Below, piece after piece: positions 25,860-38,972 of a stretch of 64,000 nt of DNA. Source of the DNA: Octopus vulgaris. Its lineage: Eukaryota. A model generated the notes under the pieces. It saw nothing but the letters and a program-made list of their open reading frames with translations, had not been told where the DNA came from and did no database searches. The stretch's first letter is position 1, and every line of letters starts with the position of its first letter. The translations under genes were made by a program, and so were the position numbers. The DNA is taken from the NCBI GenBank assembly GCA_951406725.2, contig OX597822.1, positions 91,822,001 through 91,886,000 on the forward strand, written 5' to 3'.

Positions 25860-26990
25860 TGTGTTTAAATAAAATATTGTGAATTTAGCCTTCATTATGA
25901 CTCGGAAACTGTTGTAGGTTGTAGTATTTGTAATTGATGAGATCAATATTGATGATTTTAGGTGCTTTAGCAGCAGTCTTTGAATAAGACATCTGAAGAT
26001 GTATTTCCATATATCATGGCATGTATTACAAGAAGACATGAGACAAGGTGGTGAAATATGATCTTCATATTCCTACATACCATGCAGTTATCATTGGTGC
26101 ATATGGTATTCTCAAAGGAGTACGTCCTACATAGTTGTGATCTGATGAGTTCCCTGGCTTTTCAACAATCTTAATGTTGAGTTTGGTCTCCTTCAGAGCT
26201 TTTCTAAATTTACGGGCTAGTTCTCCATGGGTTGTAGCCTCTACAAACATCACTCCTTGATATTTGTCAGTTTTATACCACGTGTTCGCCCTGTTTGCTT
26301 TATCACAAGTTCTTTGTATCCTATTCCATTTTTTGTTTCTATATCTAGGGCAGGTACCACTGATATCATTATGTATAATGTCTAATTTCTTTCTCGCCCC
26401 CACCCCTGTATACTCGAACCCTATCTTTCTGATCATATCCAGAGAACTGCATGTGGTGCATGAAGTTTTGTATATGTTTTTTCATTTCATAGGGTTCACA
26501 TAGTAAGGACACATTGTTCATTATTCTAACTAATTCTACTATAAGTATGTTAATATTCATGTTGTGTGACAAAGCTGAGTTCTTGTGAACAACATATTTT
26601 GAAGTTATAGGTTTCATGTAATAGGAGTGGAGGAACTGCACTCTATTGTTCACAGTCTCTAACCAAAGTTCAGTATCAAGTACAGGGAGTCTGTTGTTGG
26701 GGTGCTTAGTGGGGTAATCTATAGTTACCTTGATACTTTGGTGGATGAAGTTACCTACTTGCTGGATGCTCTCCATTACGTTCTTCTCAGTTTCTACACT
26801 ACCGTCACAGGAGTTGGTCCTAACTCTGATATTAATGTCATCTACATATCTACTGTAGAGTAGGAGAGTTGTGGACTGTTCTGCTAACATTTATTTAAGT
26901 TTTCTGTCCCACCATGTCATGAAGAGGTCAGCCACATCTCCAGCTACACCTACACTGATGGCTGCACCTTGAACTTGCATGTGTAGTTAA
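25860..26990 (-). mobile_element. Penelope-like element fragment (RT C-half, thumb, decayed GIY-YIG)
   Basis: QVQGAAIS, SRYVDD, SIKVTIDYP...RLPVLD, VMFVEAT...IKIVEKPG. Confidence 0.85.
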
Positions 26991-27024
26991 TGATGGAAAA
27001 TGTACATTAAATGATGATGATGAT

Positions 27025-27323
27025 ACATTAGGCAATTAAGGATTTGAAGTCAAGGAAGGCTCCTGATCTATCAGGAATTACTAATGACATGCTTAAAATA
27101 TGTGGCAGAGTAGGATAAGGCCTTGTTACCATTTAGTTAATCAGGTTATAGAAGATATCATACCCAATGACTGGTGAAGCAGGATTACAGCCAGCTGTTA
27201 CATGGGTAAAGGAAATGCCTCACACAGAAGTAATTACAGAGACATCAAGTTGCTGGGCCACATCATAAAAGTTACAGAGAGCTGAACTAGTTAGGAACAG
27301 AATTAGACTAGATGAAAGGCAGT
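27025..27323 (+). mobile_element. Short decayed RTE fragment
   Basis: RKAPDLSGIT.DMLKICG, IPNDW, NYRDIKLL; homologous to 7500-7750. Confidence 0.7.
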
Positions 27324-27325
27324 AA

Positions 27326-27590
27326 AACATATGTGAGTTACATGTATATGTTATATGTGGAGTTATATTTATAGAAAATAGAAATAAGCGGTCTTTGACT
27401 GCTATTTCTAATTTTTCGGTATGTGGCTTAGCAACCTGTTGCTTGCCCTTTTTATTTATATATATATATATATAGAACTTTTTGAAAAGGTTCCTACCGA
27501 TAATAGTTATATTTCCATACTGAAATCTACCCAGAAATAATTGTTGATTTTGAAATTAATAATTATTTACCCTTATATTATTAATATATA
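27326..27590. repeat. ~265 bp direct repeat, second copy at 29343-29610
   Basis: catatgtgagt...gaaaatagaaataagc.gtctttgac...cctaccgataa...ataattatttacccttatattatt in both copies. Confidence 0.85.
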
Positions 27591-27622
27591 TATATATATA
27601 AAGGTGTGTGTGTGTGCATGTA

Positions 27623-28743
27623 CAAAGGGCTACCCAAAAGAAACCGGAATTTTTCAATATTATTTTATTCCTGTAGTTTTACATGTTTACACTTTTATGA
27701 CCTTCAAAGTATTCTCCATTTGAAGCAATGCATTGGTTCAGATGTGTTTTCCACTGTTTAAAGCAGTCCTGGAACTCCTGCGAAGTGATGCCTTTTAATG
27801 CCTGCATTGTTTTTTTCTTCGCCTCTTCCACATCTGCAAATTCTGTAGCATCAGCTTCCATCATTTGTGATGGCCTTTGAAAAAAGGTCCAAATCAACTT
27901 CCAACTATCTTTTCACTTCCCGACATGAATTCAGTCTTGACTACTTTTGATCTTTGGTGAGAAAACAAGGAACGAATTTTGCTGCAAGTCTTTTTGTTTG
28001 CAATTCCTTGCTCAAAATTCGTCGGCAGTAGCTCCAGCACACAACCAGTCATATTAAGTTCATCAGTTGTTCAGTGATGGTTGTCCATGATCACTTCATG
28101 AATTTTCATAATGTTTTCATTCATTCAAAATGTTGACGTTTACCCTGAACAAGATTGACAAATAACCATCCCTAAAGCATGAAAGCCACTCATAAACTTG
28201 TGTTTCGCTCATGGCAGTGTCCTTGTAAGCTGTTTGAAGCATGACAACTGTTTTGGCTCTTTTTTCGCCAGCAGAAAACAGAATTTCATGGAAGGTGAGC
28301 TGGCAGAAACGTTAGCACACTGGGCAAAATGCTTAGCAGCATTTCATTTGTCTTTCAGCTGAGGTTTACTTTGCCTTTCATCCTTTTGGGGTCGAAAAAA
28401 TAAGTACCAGTTATGCACTGGGTCAATGTCACTGACTTAATCTCTTTGTCTGTCCTTGTTTATCCCCTCTATGTTTAGCCCCATGTGGGCAGTAAAAAAT
28501 ATAAAAATCAGAATTTTATGGAAGCACACTGTTCCTTCAAGTCAGCCATTGCCAAAATCAATGAACAGGTGAGAAGCACTGCAAAACAAAGGTGCACCAT
28601 GTGGCACTATGATTTCACTGGATGTCACCCGTTGGCAGACTGATGCCTGAGGATAGCATCAAGTGGCTTCTAGCAGTGAAAGCCTGAACTACAATGGGCT
28701 TGTCCCACAGAGAACGTTTCCAGTTACTTTTAGGTAACTCCTC

Positions 28744-28744
<1 letters not shown>
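27623..28744 (-). mobile_element. Decayed mariner with a nested SINE
   Basis: TA-flanked imperfect TIRs; C-terminal FQDCFKQWKTHLNQCIASNGEYFEG. Confidence 0.85.
28295..28508 (+). mobile_element. tRNA-derived SINE with a 16-bp TSD
   Basis: TSD cagaattt(c/t)atggaag at 28279-28294 and 28509-28524; A-rich tail. Confidence 0.85.
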
Positions 28745-28801
<57 letters not shown>

Positions 28802-28939
28802 GTGTGAGTGTGTGTGCATGTCTACACATACACACACATACACAGTTGGTTTTATTCTGCTTCCATCTACCAAAATCTTCTCCGAAAGCTTTGGTCGACT
28901 AGGAATGGTCAGAATGTTATTATTTAAAATATTTAAACA

Positions 28940-29241
28940 TACGGGTAGCACAATGTATACAAGATAATCCCAGTTCGGAATGGTTATTCAACAAGTTTGT
29001 ATTATTCCTATGTTTTAAAATTTCATATGTCTCCATAGAACAAAGTTCACAACCATCTCAGCTATTTTTATAAGGTTGTGCCTTTCTTATTATATCCCAT
29101 TTCAAGTTAAATTCTATATTTTTTTCTTTCAGTTCCCAAATTTTACTGGACAGCGTTGTGCAATCCACAAGGCGGTTCCATTAAATAGATTTTGCAAATG
29201 CTATACATACCTCCAGCATTTGCAAAATCTATTTAATGGAA
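28940..29241 (-). mobile_element. Penelope C-terminal fragment ending in a fold-back junction
   Basis: TTLSSKIWELKEKNIEFNLKWDIIRKAQPY...CELCSME...LLNNHSEL..SCIH; 27-bp perfect IR 29176-29202/29215-29241. Confidence 0.75.
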
Positions 29242-29676
29242 TGTTGCGCCAAAGAAGGAAATGAATTGATTTATAATTCTAATCCAGAAACGGGTCCATA
29301 ACTAACCGAAGACTTTGTTTTTGTTATTATTTCCTTCTGTTTTACATATGTGAGTCATATGTATATGTTGTATGTGGAGTTACATTTGTAGAAAATAGAA
29401 ATAAGCAGTCTTTGACAGCTATTTCTAATTTTTCGGTATGTGGCTAAGCAATCTGTTGCTTGCCCTTTTATTTATATATATATATATATAGAACTTTTTT
29501 TGAAAAGTTCCTACCGATAATGGTTATATTTCCATACCGAAATCTACCTGGAAATAATTGTTGTTTTTTTAAAATTAATAATTATTTACCCTTATATTAT
29601 TCTTATTATTATTATATATATATATATACACACAGACACACATACATATAGGCACATACACACACATTTTTATGTA

Positions 29677-30552
29677 CAAGTTGGTATCAAAACATTCTCA
29701 AACTAGTTCTGTAGCACGCTAAAAGACAGCAGCACACAGTTGCATGCACAGTGAGAGCTAGCAGTGCCCTTCATGAGGCAATGTGCCAAGTGACAATTGC
29801 TGTGTTTACTTTGCAAGTTGTGAAATTTGTCTTTTTGTGATCATATGTATGCTGAAGTCAGCAATTTTTGTCATGGATAGGAAGTTGGAACAAAAAGCCA
29901 ATGTGAAATTTTGCATTAAACTTAGGAAGTCTGCTACAGACACATTGAGCATACTTCAGTAAGCTCATGACAATGAGGCACTGGGTTGTATGCAATGTTT
30001 CAAGTAGCATGGGCACTTCAAAAGCAGAAGAATGTTCCTGGAAGATGATGAGCAATCTGGAAGACCTCCCTCGAGTGTTACCCCCAGAAATGTGGAGAAA
30101 ATTCATCAGCTTGTGGATGAGGATCATTGGAGGATAATGAATGTCATTGCTGATGTTGATAGTCTGTCATATGGATAGGTGCAAACAATCCTAACGTCCA
30201 CAAAGAACTGGATTCTTCACGATGACAATACACTCTGTCATTGAGCTGTCTTTACTTATGAATTTCTTGTCAAAAACAACATGGTATTGCTTTTGCACCC
30301 ACCCTATTCACCAGAATTAGCATCTGCAGACTTCCATCTCTTCCCTAAGAGGAAAATGCAGCTCAGAGATCACCTTTTAACACCGCTGTTGAGATCAAGG
30401 GAGAATTGCAGAATGTTCTCAATCTGTTAACAGAAAATGACTTCCAGGTCAGATTACAAAATTGGCAGGAAGGAGATGATATTAAAACTCAAGTAATTAA
30501 GTTATTTTTCTATTAAACATAACTAATCCAGAACCTCTTTGATACCATCTCA
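29677..30552 (+). mobile_element. Internally deleted mariner
   Basis: TA-flanked TIRs (ggtatcaaa / tttgatacc); EQKANVKFCIKLRKSATDT, LEDDEQSGRP, HDDN, HPPYSPELASADFHLFPK. Confidence 0.85.
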
Positions 30553-30605
30553 TATACATAATATATTGTACATATACATATATTAGAAATTATACATTAC
30601 ACCTA

Positions 30606-31730
30606 CTAGCAGAAAGGCCACCCTCAGGGCAGTTTTCTGCAAGCCCCTTGATAATATTTTCACATTTGATTCCCATTACTAATAATCTTTATATTTTACA
30701 TCTAATTATTTCTTTGTATAATAGTGCTCACTTGCTTAGTAAGTATTGCTTTCATTATTTTATCACAGTCATAATCTCTCGTTTTTAAACAAACATCATG
30801 GTAGTCCAACAACAGAGAGAGAGAAGTAGCTTGTCAAGTTTTACTTTCCTCTCAAAGCAACATAGATATTTCAATTCAGCATTTCATCTGTAAGCTTTGC
30901 AGTGTGTGTGAGAGAGAGAGAGAAAGAGCATTGCAAACAATGAATGAAATAAATATGAAATGAAAAAATCGTATAAATAAAAGGGTATTACTACAGATGT
31001 ATATGCCCCCAACTTTGTTGCTTTATAACATCCAGAGAAATGGATACTTTTTAGTGAAATTTTCTACAAATACCGCTTAGATGTTGTGGCTTCAGAATAT
31101 ATAGGGATTTATGGGAAAGAATTTTTGCGAGGGGGTGGAGAGAGGAGTTTTAGAGAATTAACATGATTTGACTTTTTACCCCTCATAACTTTCAGGAAGG
31201 TTGGTATCTTTTAATGAAAATTTATACAGATCCCTTTCAAACAGCATAGATATGAAAAAATTTGTGGGTAGCAATTTTTTCAGGGATTTTCACCATTTTT
31301 TTAAAGCCACAGCATTCGAAATGACGTGGTTGTGGGGGGAGGTGTTTTTGTATGGAAAAAGCTTCGAAAACTCTTTTTCTTTACACCCCTCCCTCATCAT
31401 CCTACTCAGGACCTATTTTGGCCAATTTTTTTTTTGCACTTCAAAACCATGGGAAGAGCATTTTCAGTAAAAAATTTTTAAAGATTGTTAATATTTTCAG
31501 AGGGAAAAGTGATTTAAGGGCGATTTGGCTGTTGTTTCTGGCACATCCAAAGAAATCCTCCTCGTTTCTTTATCACTCTCATGTGTATTAATGTTTTTCA
31601 ATATTTTTCCCGCATAAATACATTTATATGCTATGAGAAAGAAAATTTGAGAAATTATGAATTTTTTGCAACCCCACATCCTACCCCCAATTGTTTCTGT
31701 TTAGAGAACTTTTAAAAAATTACAGAGGTG
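30606..31730 (-). mobile_element. Possible non-autonomous Helitron-like element (3' end only)
   Basis: A|CTAG followed by a short GC-rich hairpin-like segment (ccctcaggg); 5' boundary not identified. Confidence 0.35.
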
Positions 31731-31950
31731 TACTTGCATAACAAGTAACTTGATCTGAGATCATGTGCTGAAACAAAAACAACTGCAGTGTGGAAGATGT
31801 TTGTAAACCATTCAAGAACACACAAATACTGTAAGTTTCACTTCAACATTAAAACTTTATTAATGTCAAAATATTTCATCACTTTGAAACCACGACCTGA
31901 CAAAACTTCACAAAAGTGATGCAGCACGAAGTTTTGTCAGTGAACAGCAG

Positions 31951-32038
<88 letters not shown>

Positions 32039-33664
32039 TGCCTTGCATTTGTGTGTATGTGCATGCATGAGTGTGTATTGGTGTTTGCGTGTTTCACTGT
32101 TGAAGTTGTGTTTGGAAACTGTGAACAAGATGCAAGTTTCGAGTACTTGTCGGTAACGTTTTGCTTTTTTCTCCTCGTCTTCTAATAGTACTTACCCCCA
32201 ACTTTCTAGGCTCTTCTCACAGCTATCCCACATTCAAAAATTATACAGGTATTTTTTAAAATTTTCATTGAATAAATAATGCTTTTACATTATATATTCA
32301 TTAATAGCGAATTAAAACTTAAAAGAGAAAGTGAGAGACATTGCTAATGAAAATGGAACACTCTGCAGTGAATGCAATGAATATTTAAATTTGTGATGAA
32401 TTGGACACAATGAATATTTAAATATGTGAGAAATTGGAGTTAAAAAATTCAATGAACTTAAGAAATTGAAATTATAGGAAATTTCTAAGAACATGAATTT
32501 ATAGAAATATTTCCAGACAGTCGACCCTTTAATAATTGCTTTCTTTTAGTACTTTTAGTAAATACTTAATTAATTAGCAGCTTTATCCAATATAGTATAG
32601 ATGTATATATAAGAGCTTGTTCATATGTGTATGTGGATCACCATTTCCTATTTAGTATACTATCTATAATAGAAATATAGTTCTACAGTTGTAAATTTTT
32701 CAGAGACTTTGTCTATTTTCTTACCTGTAGTATTTAATTTGTAAGAATACATTTGAATTCTGTCAATGGATTAATACTGTTTTGCTATTAAATCCTTGTG
32801 GGAGTAAATAGTAGTGACTGCTGTTCTTTCTATTCTGCTTCAGAGAAGAATCAAGGAACAAAGTATTTTTGATTCAATACTGGGAAATTTGGATTTTTTA
32901 AAAACTACTATAGTGCTATATTTTCTTCATCATCTGGTAAATGGTTGAGCCATGGTGCTGAGTTCCAAACTGCTGTCAGAATTCACTACAGTATATGACT
33001 TTTGTGACATTACAAATATAAAATAATTCTAGATAAGAAATCTTTAGTAAATCTGAAAAACTATCACTACATGGCAAAACAACCTAACTGCTGAAAGAAA
33101 CTTGAAACCAACAATATCAAAAAAGTTTTAAGTTTGGCGATGTCAAATGAGAAAAAAAAAAGGTGTTCCTATGACTCAGTTGACAACAAAAAGGTACAAC
33201 CAATATGAAAATTACTTCACTGAGATGACAAAACATGGAAGATCTTATATGTTTCAAAACTAGGAAATCTTGAAATAAAGGAATGCTAACAAAATTATAA
33301 AATCTAAATCTCAGAGCTTTAATGACAGCAAGAGTCAGGCCTTTAAATGTGGTTTAAAAAAAGTTCACTTAGTGTGGAAATGTTTAACAAAAACTGTTGT
33401 CTTTAAAGTCTAAGAATAATTAAAACATTGAGCAGAGTTAGTTTCCAGAACTTATTCTTCAATCATAAACTCACCCTAATGTACAGGAAAAAGAGAAAAA
33501 ATACACTGCAACTTTATTAAGGTACATATGAGGACAAAGGTCAATTGTTGAGCACATAACACTCTATATAAACTAAGCAAAGCAGTGTACTTCATTGCCA
33601 TACCACCTGAAAAATACTTAGTTGACATGAAACTTTAAAGAAAGGCTATATTGGAACTTCAATA

Positions 33665-34475
33665 TACAGAGTATTCAGGATAAATGTGATGATTTTTTTA
33701 TGCCTTTTTTTTCAGGAACAGCATGATGTGTTAGTTAATAGTCAGTGGTGTGGAAGAGCATAAGGATTGAAGATGTAGCTGACAAAAAGTTAACTGACAT
33801 CGAGGACTGGAAGCCATCTAAATATTGGAAAAGAGTTGTCTATATCATGATGATTCATACTGGGTATCAAAATGTTGACATCATGACTGATGCCCAATGC
33901 TCTGTGAACACTGAAAAGGCTGTAAGATGTGACAAGGACAGCTGCAACAGAGACTATGAAGCTGTAGCCAGCAGGAAGGGACACAAAAGGTGTTCTGTTT
34001 GTGTCCATATGCCAGAATTCATCCCCACATCTTTGAGCAGGATCTTAGACTCAATTCAGACAGCTATGTGAAGCTGTGGTCAAACCCTGGCTTGAGAGAG
34101 TAGCTGCTAAAAGGTCATAGGTGTAGCAACAGGATTCAGTTCCTTGCCATACCTCTAGCAAGCATCAGAAGTGGTTGTCAGATAATTACTATGACTTCAG
34201 CAACCCCAATTTCTGGCCTCCTAATTCCCCCAATAATAATCCATGGATTACTATGTGAGGGATGTGGTTGAAAAAGACACCAACCTCTCTGCCTGCAACA
34301 CCAAGGCCAAGTTAGTGACCAAGCTAAAGATTTCAAAGAGGAATACATGCACCAGGTTCCAGAGCTTTATTTTTGGATGGGATATTGTGTTTTGTTTTTC
34401 TTTTATGCAAATTGTCAAATTTAGCCTGAAAACCTTGTATGATAATGTTTTAATTAGATCACATGCACCCTTATA
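33665..34475 (+). mobile_element. Deleted Tc1/mariner-superfamily element (maT/DD37D-like)
   Basis: QDSVPCHTS, FWPPNSP.NNP.DYYVRDVVEKDTNLSACNTKAKL remnants. Confidence 0.65.
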
Positions 34476-34892
34476 TACAGAAATATATTTCTTATCAACC
34501 AATTATCAATAAATGAACTAAAACTGGAAACTATTAACAGATAATAATGGCTTTCCATTTTTGATTTGGACTTCTTTTGCACACTAATTTTCATATATGA
34601 GTAATAGCCATTTTAGTAAAAACAATGATAAGTTGTATCAAAACAGAAAGTTGCTTCTTGAAAAATGAACTTTTTGTGGAGTAAATACGATTATCTAGAT
34701 GTACAGCAATTTCTCATTTTCTACCGGTAGAATGTTTATAGCAAAATGTGAGCAGAAGCTTAAAACAACCTAATTTTATTTTTGGCAGTCATCTCAAATA
34801 TTCATGTGATAGTTCTAGTTTTACAGTCATGGCAGCTGCTCAAAAACATCTTACCAAATCTGCAGTATTCAATATCATTATTACACCTGTGT

Positions 34893-34928
<36 letters not shown>

Positions 34929-36041
34929 TGGAAGGTAGACAATTGACTAGAAAGGAATTGCTTTTCCTGACTTTAGCTCATACTAGATGAAATTAGGGGT
35001 CCATTCTCATTGGGTTAATAAAATAACTATTATAATATACAAGGCTGATTTTAGCTAATCAAACCTGACAATAAGGTCCAGTATCTATCATTATTATTAT
35101 ATTTCATTAAATATATTTCTGTCTTTTGATTCCTATTTCTTGGTCTTCTAAAACACATACAAGATAGGGTCTTTACAGGTTGTTCTATAACAAATTAATT
35201 CAGTTTAATTTTTTTTTTCTTCTGTATGATATATTAATTATTCCATTACCACAGCTTGTATTAAATGAAGAGAAATGAAAAAAGAAACCATGAAAGCATC
35301 TACAAACTTTTTTATTATCCCTCCCTGAAGTATTTTCTTAATTAAAAATGAAAAAGGTCACATGTAGGAAACTGATAAAGAAGAAACACTAAGCAACAGA
35401 ATCATTATGATGACAAATATAATTTGAAGCTGAAATCTCTATAGGCATTTATCTTACATCATTCTTTGAAACAATTCCAGATGTGGTGATTAGAAGATAA
35501 AATAATTTGGAGGAATTAAAACATAAACAAAGAAAAACTCACACTGGCTAATTTCTATTAACATAGCTAATTAACAATACTGAAAAATATTATTTTAAAG
35601 GTTAAAAAATATCTGAAGAGGAAAAGCTTTTGAAGGAAAAAAAAATACTGAGGCTGTGGGAGCCAATGGTAGTTTGTACAGTTGATGAGTAAAATGAAGT
35701 AAAATGGAGTGGAAATGAGGTAAAGAGAGTTAGAAATGAAACTAGTTCTACACCTTCCAAATAACTTAGATGAAATTCTCTGAGAAAACAAGAAAAGGAG
35801 ATTTCTAAATAGTACTGAATAAAGAGGATTTACCATAGAAAAGTAATTAACATGCTTTTTGCTTAAATCACCATTTTCCCATATAATCTGGCAGGTGTTT
35901 TCTCTCGAATAAAAAGAAAAATGCAATTAAAAAAATTCCCAGAAGTAGATTAACTTTCCTAACCCATTAAGATCCTCTTAGGAATATAGCTGTTTCTTCA
36001 CACTTTTTCAGGTAAGGATGTGTGTGTGTATAAGGTTACGT

Positions 36042-36089
<48 letters not shown>

Positions 36090-36348
36090 AAGAGGCAAAG
36101 GGATATAGAAGACAGACCCTAAAGTTTAGAAAATACTGATTCTATTACATAATAAAAAAAAGAAATGGAAACTTTGCAACAAGAGAAGCTTAAGTTTTAG
36201 ATCTTAGGGTGGATTATTTTCCTCATTAAACATTGCAACAGAACAAACATAACACAATTAATTAACAAAAAAGAGAAAAACAATATAAGAAACTTACTAA
36301 TCTACATTCTTCATATCATTTTGGCACTTAATTGAATGTGCAACTTAC

Positions 36349-36403
36349 ATATGCCATAATCTACATGAGGATTCAGCAGAAAATTAGACATGAGATCATG
36401 AGT
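36349..36403 (-). CDS. Candidate 55-nt host exon (THDLMSNFLLNPHVDYGI)
   Basis: Acceptor tttctttattgttatag, donor gtaagt, open in phase 0 (compatible with the 63806 exon), lies in unique non-repeat sequence. Confidence 0.3.
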
Positions 36404-36559
36404 CTATAACAATAAAGAAAATTCGATTAAGTGACGTTACACTGACACTTGCTCACAAACTCAGTTTGGTAGGATCTTTTCTCTTGTTCTATGAGATTCA
36501 AAAAGAAACAAATATTTAACGAAGATTATCTAAAAAGAAGAGTTAAAACTATTGCAAAC

Positions 36560-37856
36560 TGTGAAATATAACATGTCTTGAATGGCACAACAATGCAGAG
36601 TGGACTATAATAACTGTTATAATTTAATTATTCATAGTCTGATGTAATATTTTAGAATATAAAAATTCCTTTTTCAGTTATCACTAGGAATTGATCAAGT
36701 CACTGCCACTATCAGTTTTCCAACAGTTACTGAATCTTTTTCTTTCAGAAGTGTCTCTGTAGTGGTCTCATGAAGCGCTCCTTCCAGAATTCCTCATGAG
36801 AAGTGCATGAGGGCAGCCACATCTCAAGCTCATGTGTATTGGCATATCTGCAGCATTGCTTCTAAGTTATATATTATACGGGCAGTTTTTTTTTTTTTTT
36901 TTTTTTTACAATACATTAGCATGTTATCAGAAATGAACTTACACACATCCAGATGTAGCTAAATAATAGATTAATTGCTAAATTTCCAGCCTGTTGTTAA
37001 TTTAGGGCCTTAATCTGTCTATGAGGATAGCTTCCTTAATTCTTAGATTTCCCAAATTTCTGTCATTGGTCTCAATTGTGACTGTTATGCTTTTGTCAGT
37101 GTTCTGGCATCTGTTTAGATGTTTTCTGAAGGAGGAGGCTTGTGTGTCTAGATGTTCTTTGATGCGAATGTGTAATGGTCTTCTTGTGCTACCCACATAG
37201 AACTTGTTGCATTTGTTACATTGTATTCTATACACAACATTTACCCATTGACATAATTCTGTGTCACGGATGGGGCAGTTAGCTAGTGTGCATTGGTTGC
37301 TGTCCCTTGCTCATTTCTTTGCTAGGTGTCTTCTCAGAGAGGGGCTGGAGTGGGCTAGTTGTATGTCTAGTCCTTCTCTTCTTATGGCTCTTTGGATGGC
37401 TGTAGTTATTCTCTCGCTAAAATAGGGTATTTTAAGGAAGCATGTGTTGCTGGGTTTTCTGTGTGTTCGGCATGTCTGTCGTCTTGAGTACTTAAGCCGA
37501 TTTCTGATAACATGCTCATGTATAATAAAAATTAAAAAAACTACACGTATAATACATAACTTAGAAGCAGCACTGCAGATATGCCAACACACACAAGCTT
37601 GAGACATGGCTGCTCTCATGCACTTCTCATGAGGAATTGCGGAAGAAGCTTTATAAGACCACTACAAAGAAGAAAAAAAATTTCAGTAACCATTGGAAAA
37701 CCAATTATAGCAGTGACTTGATCAATTCCTAGTAATATCTGAAGAAGGAATTTTTATATTCCAAAATGTTATATCAAACTATGAATAATTAAATTATAAC
37801 AGTTATTATAGTCCACTCTGCATTGTTGAGCCATTCAAGACATGTTATATTTCACA
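36560..37856 (-). mobile_element. 5'-truncated Penelope (GIY-YIG) bracketed by ~370 bp inverted pLTRs
   Basis: LKIPYF...; NVVYRIQCNKCNKFYVGSTRRPLHIRIKEH...LRIKEAILI; arms 36560-36941 and 37493-37856 are diverged reverse complements. Confidence 0.9.
37735..37774 (+). ncRNA. Decayed hammerhead ribozyme in the inverted pLTR (mirror copy 36642-36681, minus strand)
   Basis: AUAU-CUGAAGA-A-GGAAU(6)AUUCC-AAAA-UG-UU-AUAU; GAAACG became AAAAUG, consistent with CpG decay. Confidence 0.6.
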
Positions 37857-38060
37857 AACTATATACAATGCTTCAAGCAAACTACAATACTCTCCTGTTG
37901 TAAATTATTTTCTTCATAAAAGTGTAAACAAAAATACACAGCTCACTACATGTCCTAACTTGCAAATAGTAACTATGGACTAAATAACTTCAGTTACTTA
38001 TGTTAATGCACTATTTACAGAATTACAGTTATAATTGTTATCACAGGAAATAGCACTTAA

Positions 38061-38281
38061 CCCTTTCGTTACCAACCCGGCTGAAACCGGCACTGGCTCT
38101 GTAATACAAATGTCTTGTTTTCATAAGTTCTGAATCAAAATCTTCCACCAAACCTTAGTCACAATTTATGTTCCTAAAACTCGCTAAATGATAACTAAGT
38201 TATTTTACTAAATTCTTTGTTATATTTAAAATAATTGAAAGAAACACAGAGCATCTCAAAATAAATGCGGTTACGAAAGGG
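38061..38281. mobile_element. piggyBac-type MITE
   Basis: TTAA TSDs; TIRs CCCTTTCGT.ACC / GGTTACGAAAGGG. Confidence 0.9.
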
Positions 38282-38972
38282 TTAAGAGGGCTGATGAAAT
38301 GTCTAATAATGAGTTCTGACATACGTACAAAGCCTGATATTTAGGAGAGAGTATAAATAAGACTGACCCCAGAACTTGATTGACACACATCTATAATACA
38401 AAGAAAGATAAAAAACAAGGTCTACATGAACGTGATTTGAGCATCTGAATACCATAACACTTTTGGGCACTCTACAGATTGTGCTATAAACTATATTGTC
38501 ATCATGTTAAGCTATCTAATAATACACTTTACTACTATGCAGTTCTTGATACTAAAAGAACTAGAGAAAAATACCATTTACATTGTAGAATTAACAAAGG
38601 AGATGAAAAGTGGGCTATTTTATACTATACCTTAGAAAAAGACATTTAGTAAGTTTATATATGTTTCAAACATATTCAAGCTGTTGACTAATAAATACGC
38701 ATGAGTAAATAATCTATTCTAATTGATATATCCATGCAGAAAGAGCCATAAATACATTTGCTATGAACAAGCATTTTTCAAACAGAAAGATATGTATATT
38801 TGATTCACTTTATGAGAGAAAGCTAACAAGCTGAAAATATGAGCATTAAGGTAGCTAACAAACAAATTGTTTGTTAGGTTTATAGCAGAGCTCTGTCTCA
38901 ATTTGAATCTAGGATTTGTTATTTCCAAAGCATAAATTTCCAACTTTACAAATTGATTGATAAAATCATTAA

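Noticed and set aside
27481-27505. UUGAAAA-GGU-UCCU-ACC-GAUA as a hammerhead
   Set aside because: GAUA instead of GAAA, no stem I, and not preserved in the second copy at 29500
32725-33052. Minus-strand segment bounded by acceptor- and donor-like sites
   Set aside because: Stops in all three frames
35981-36017. Plus-strand tttttcag|gtaag motif
   Set aside because: No other evidence for a plus-strand gene; such motifs occur by chance
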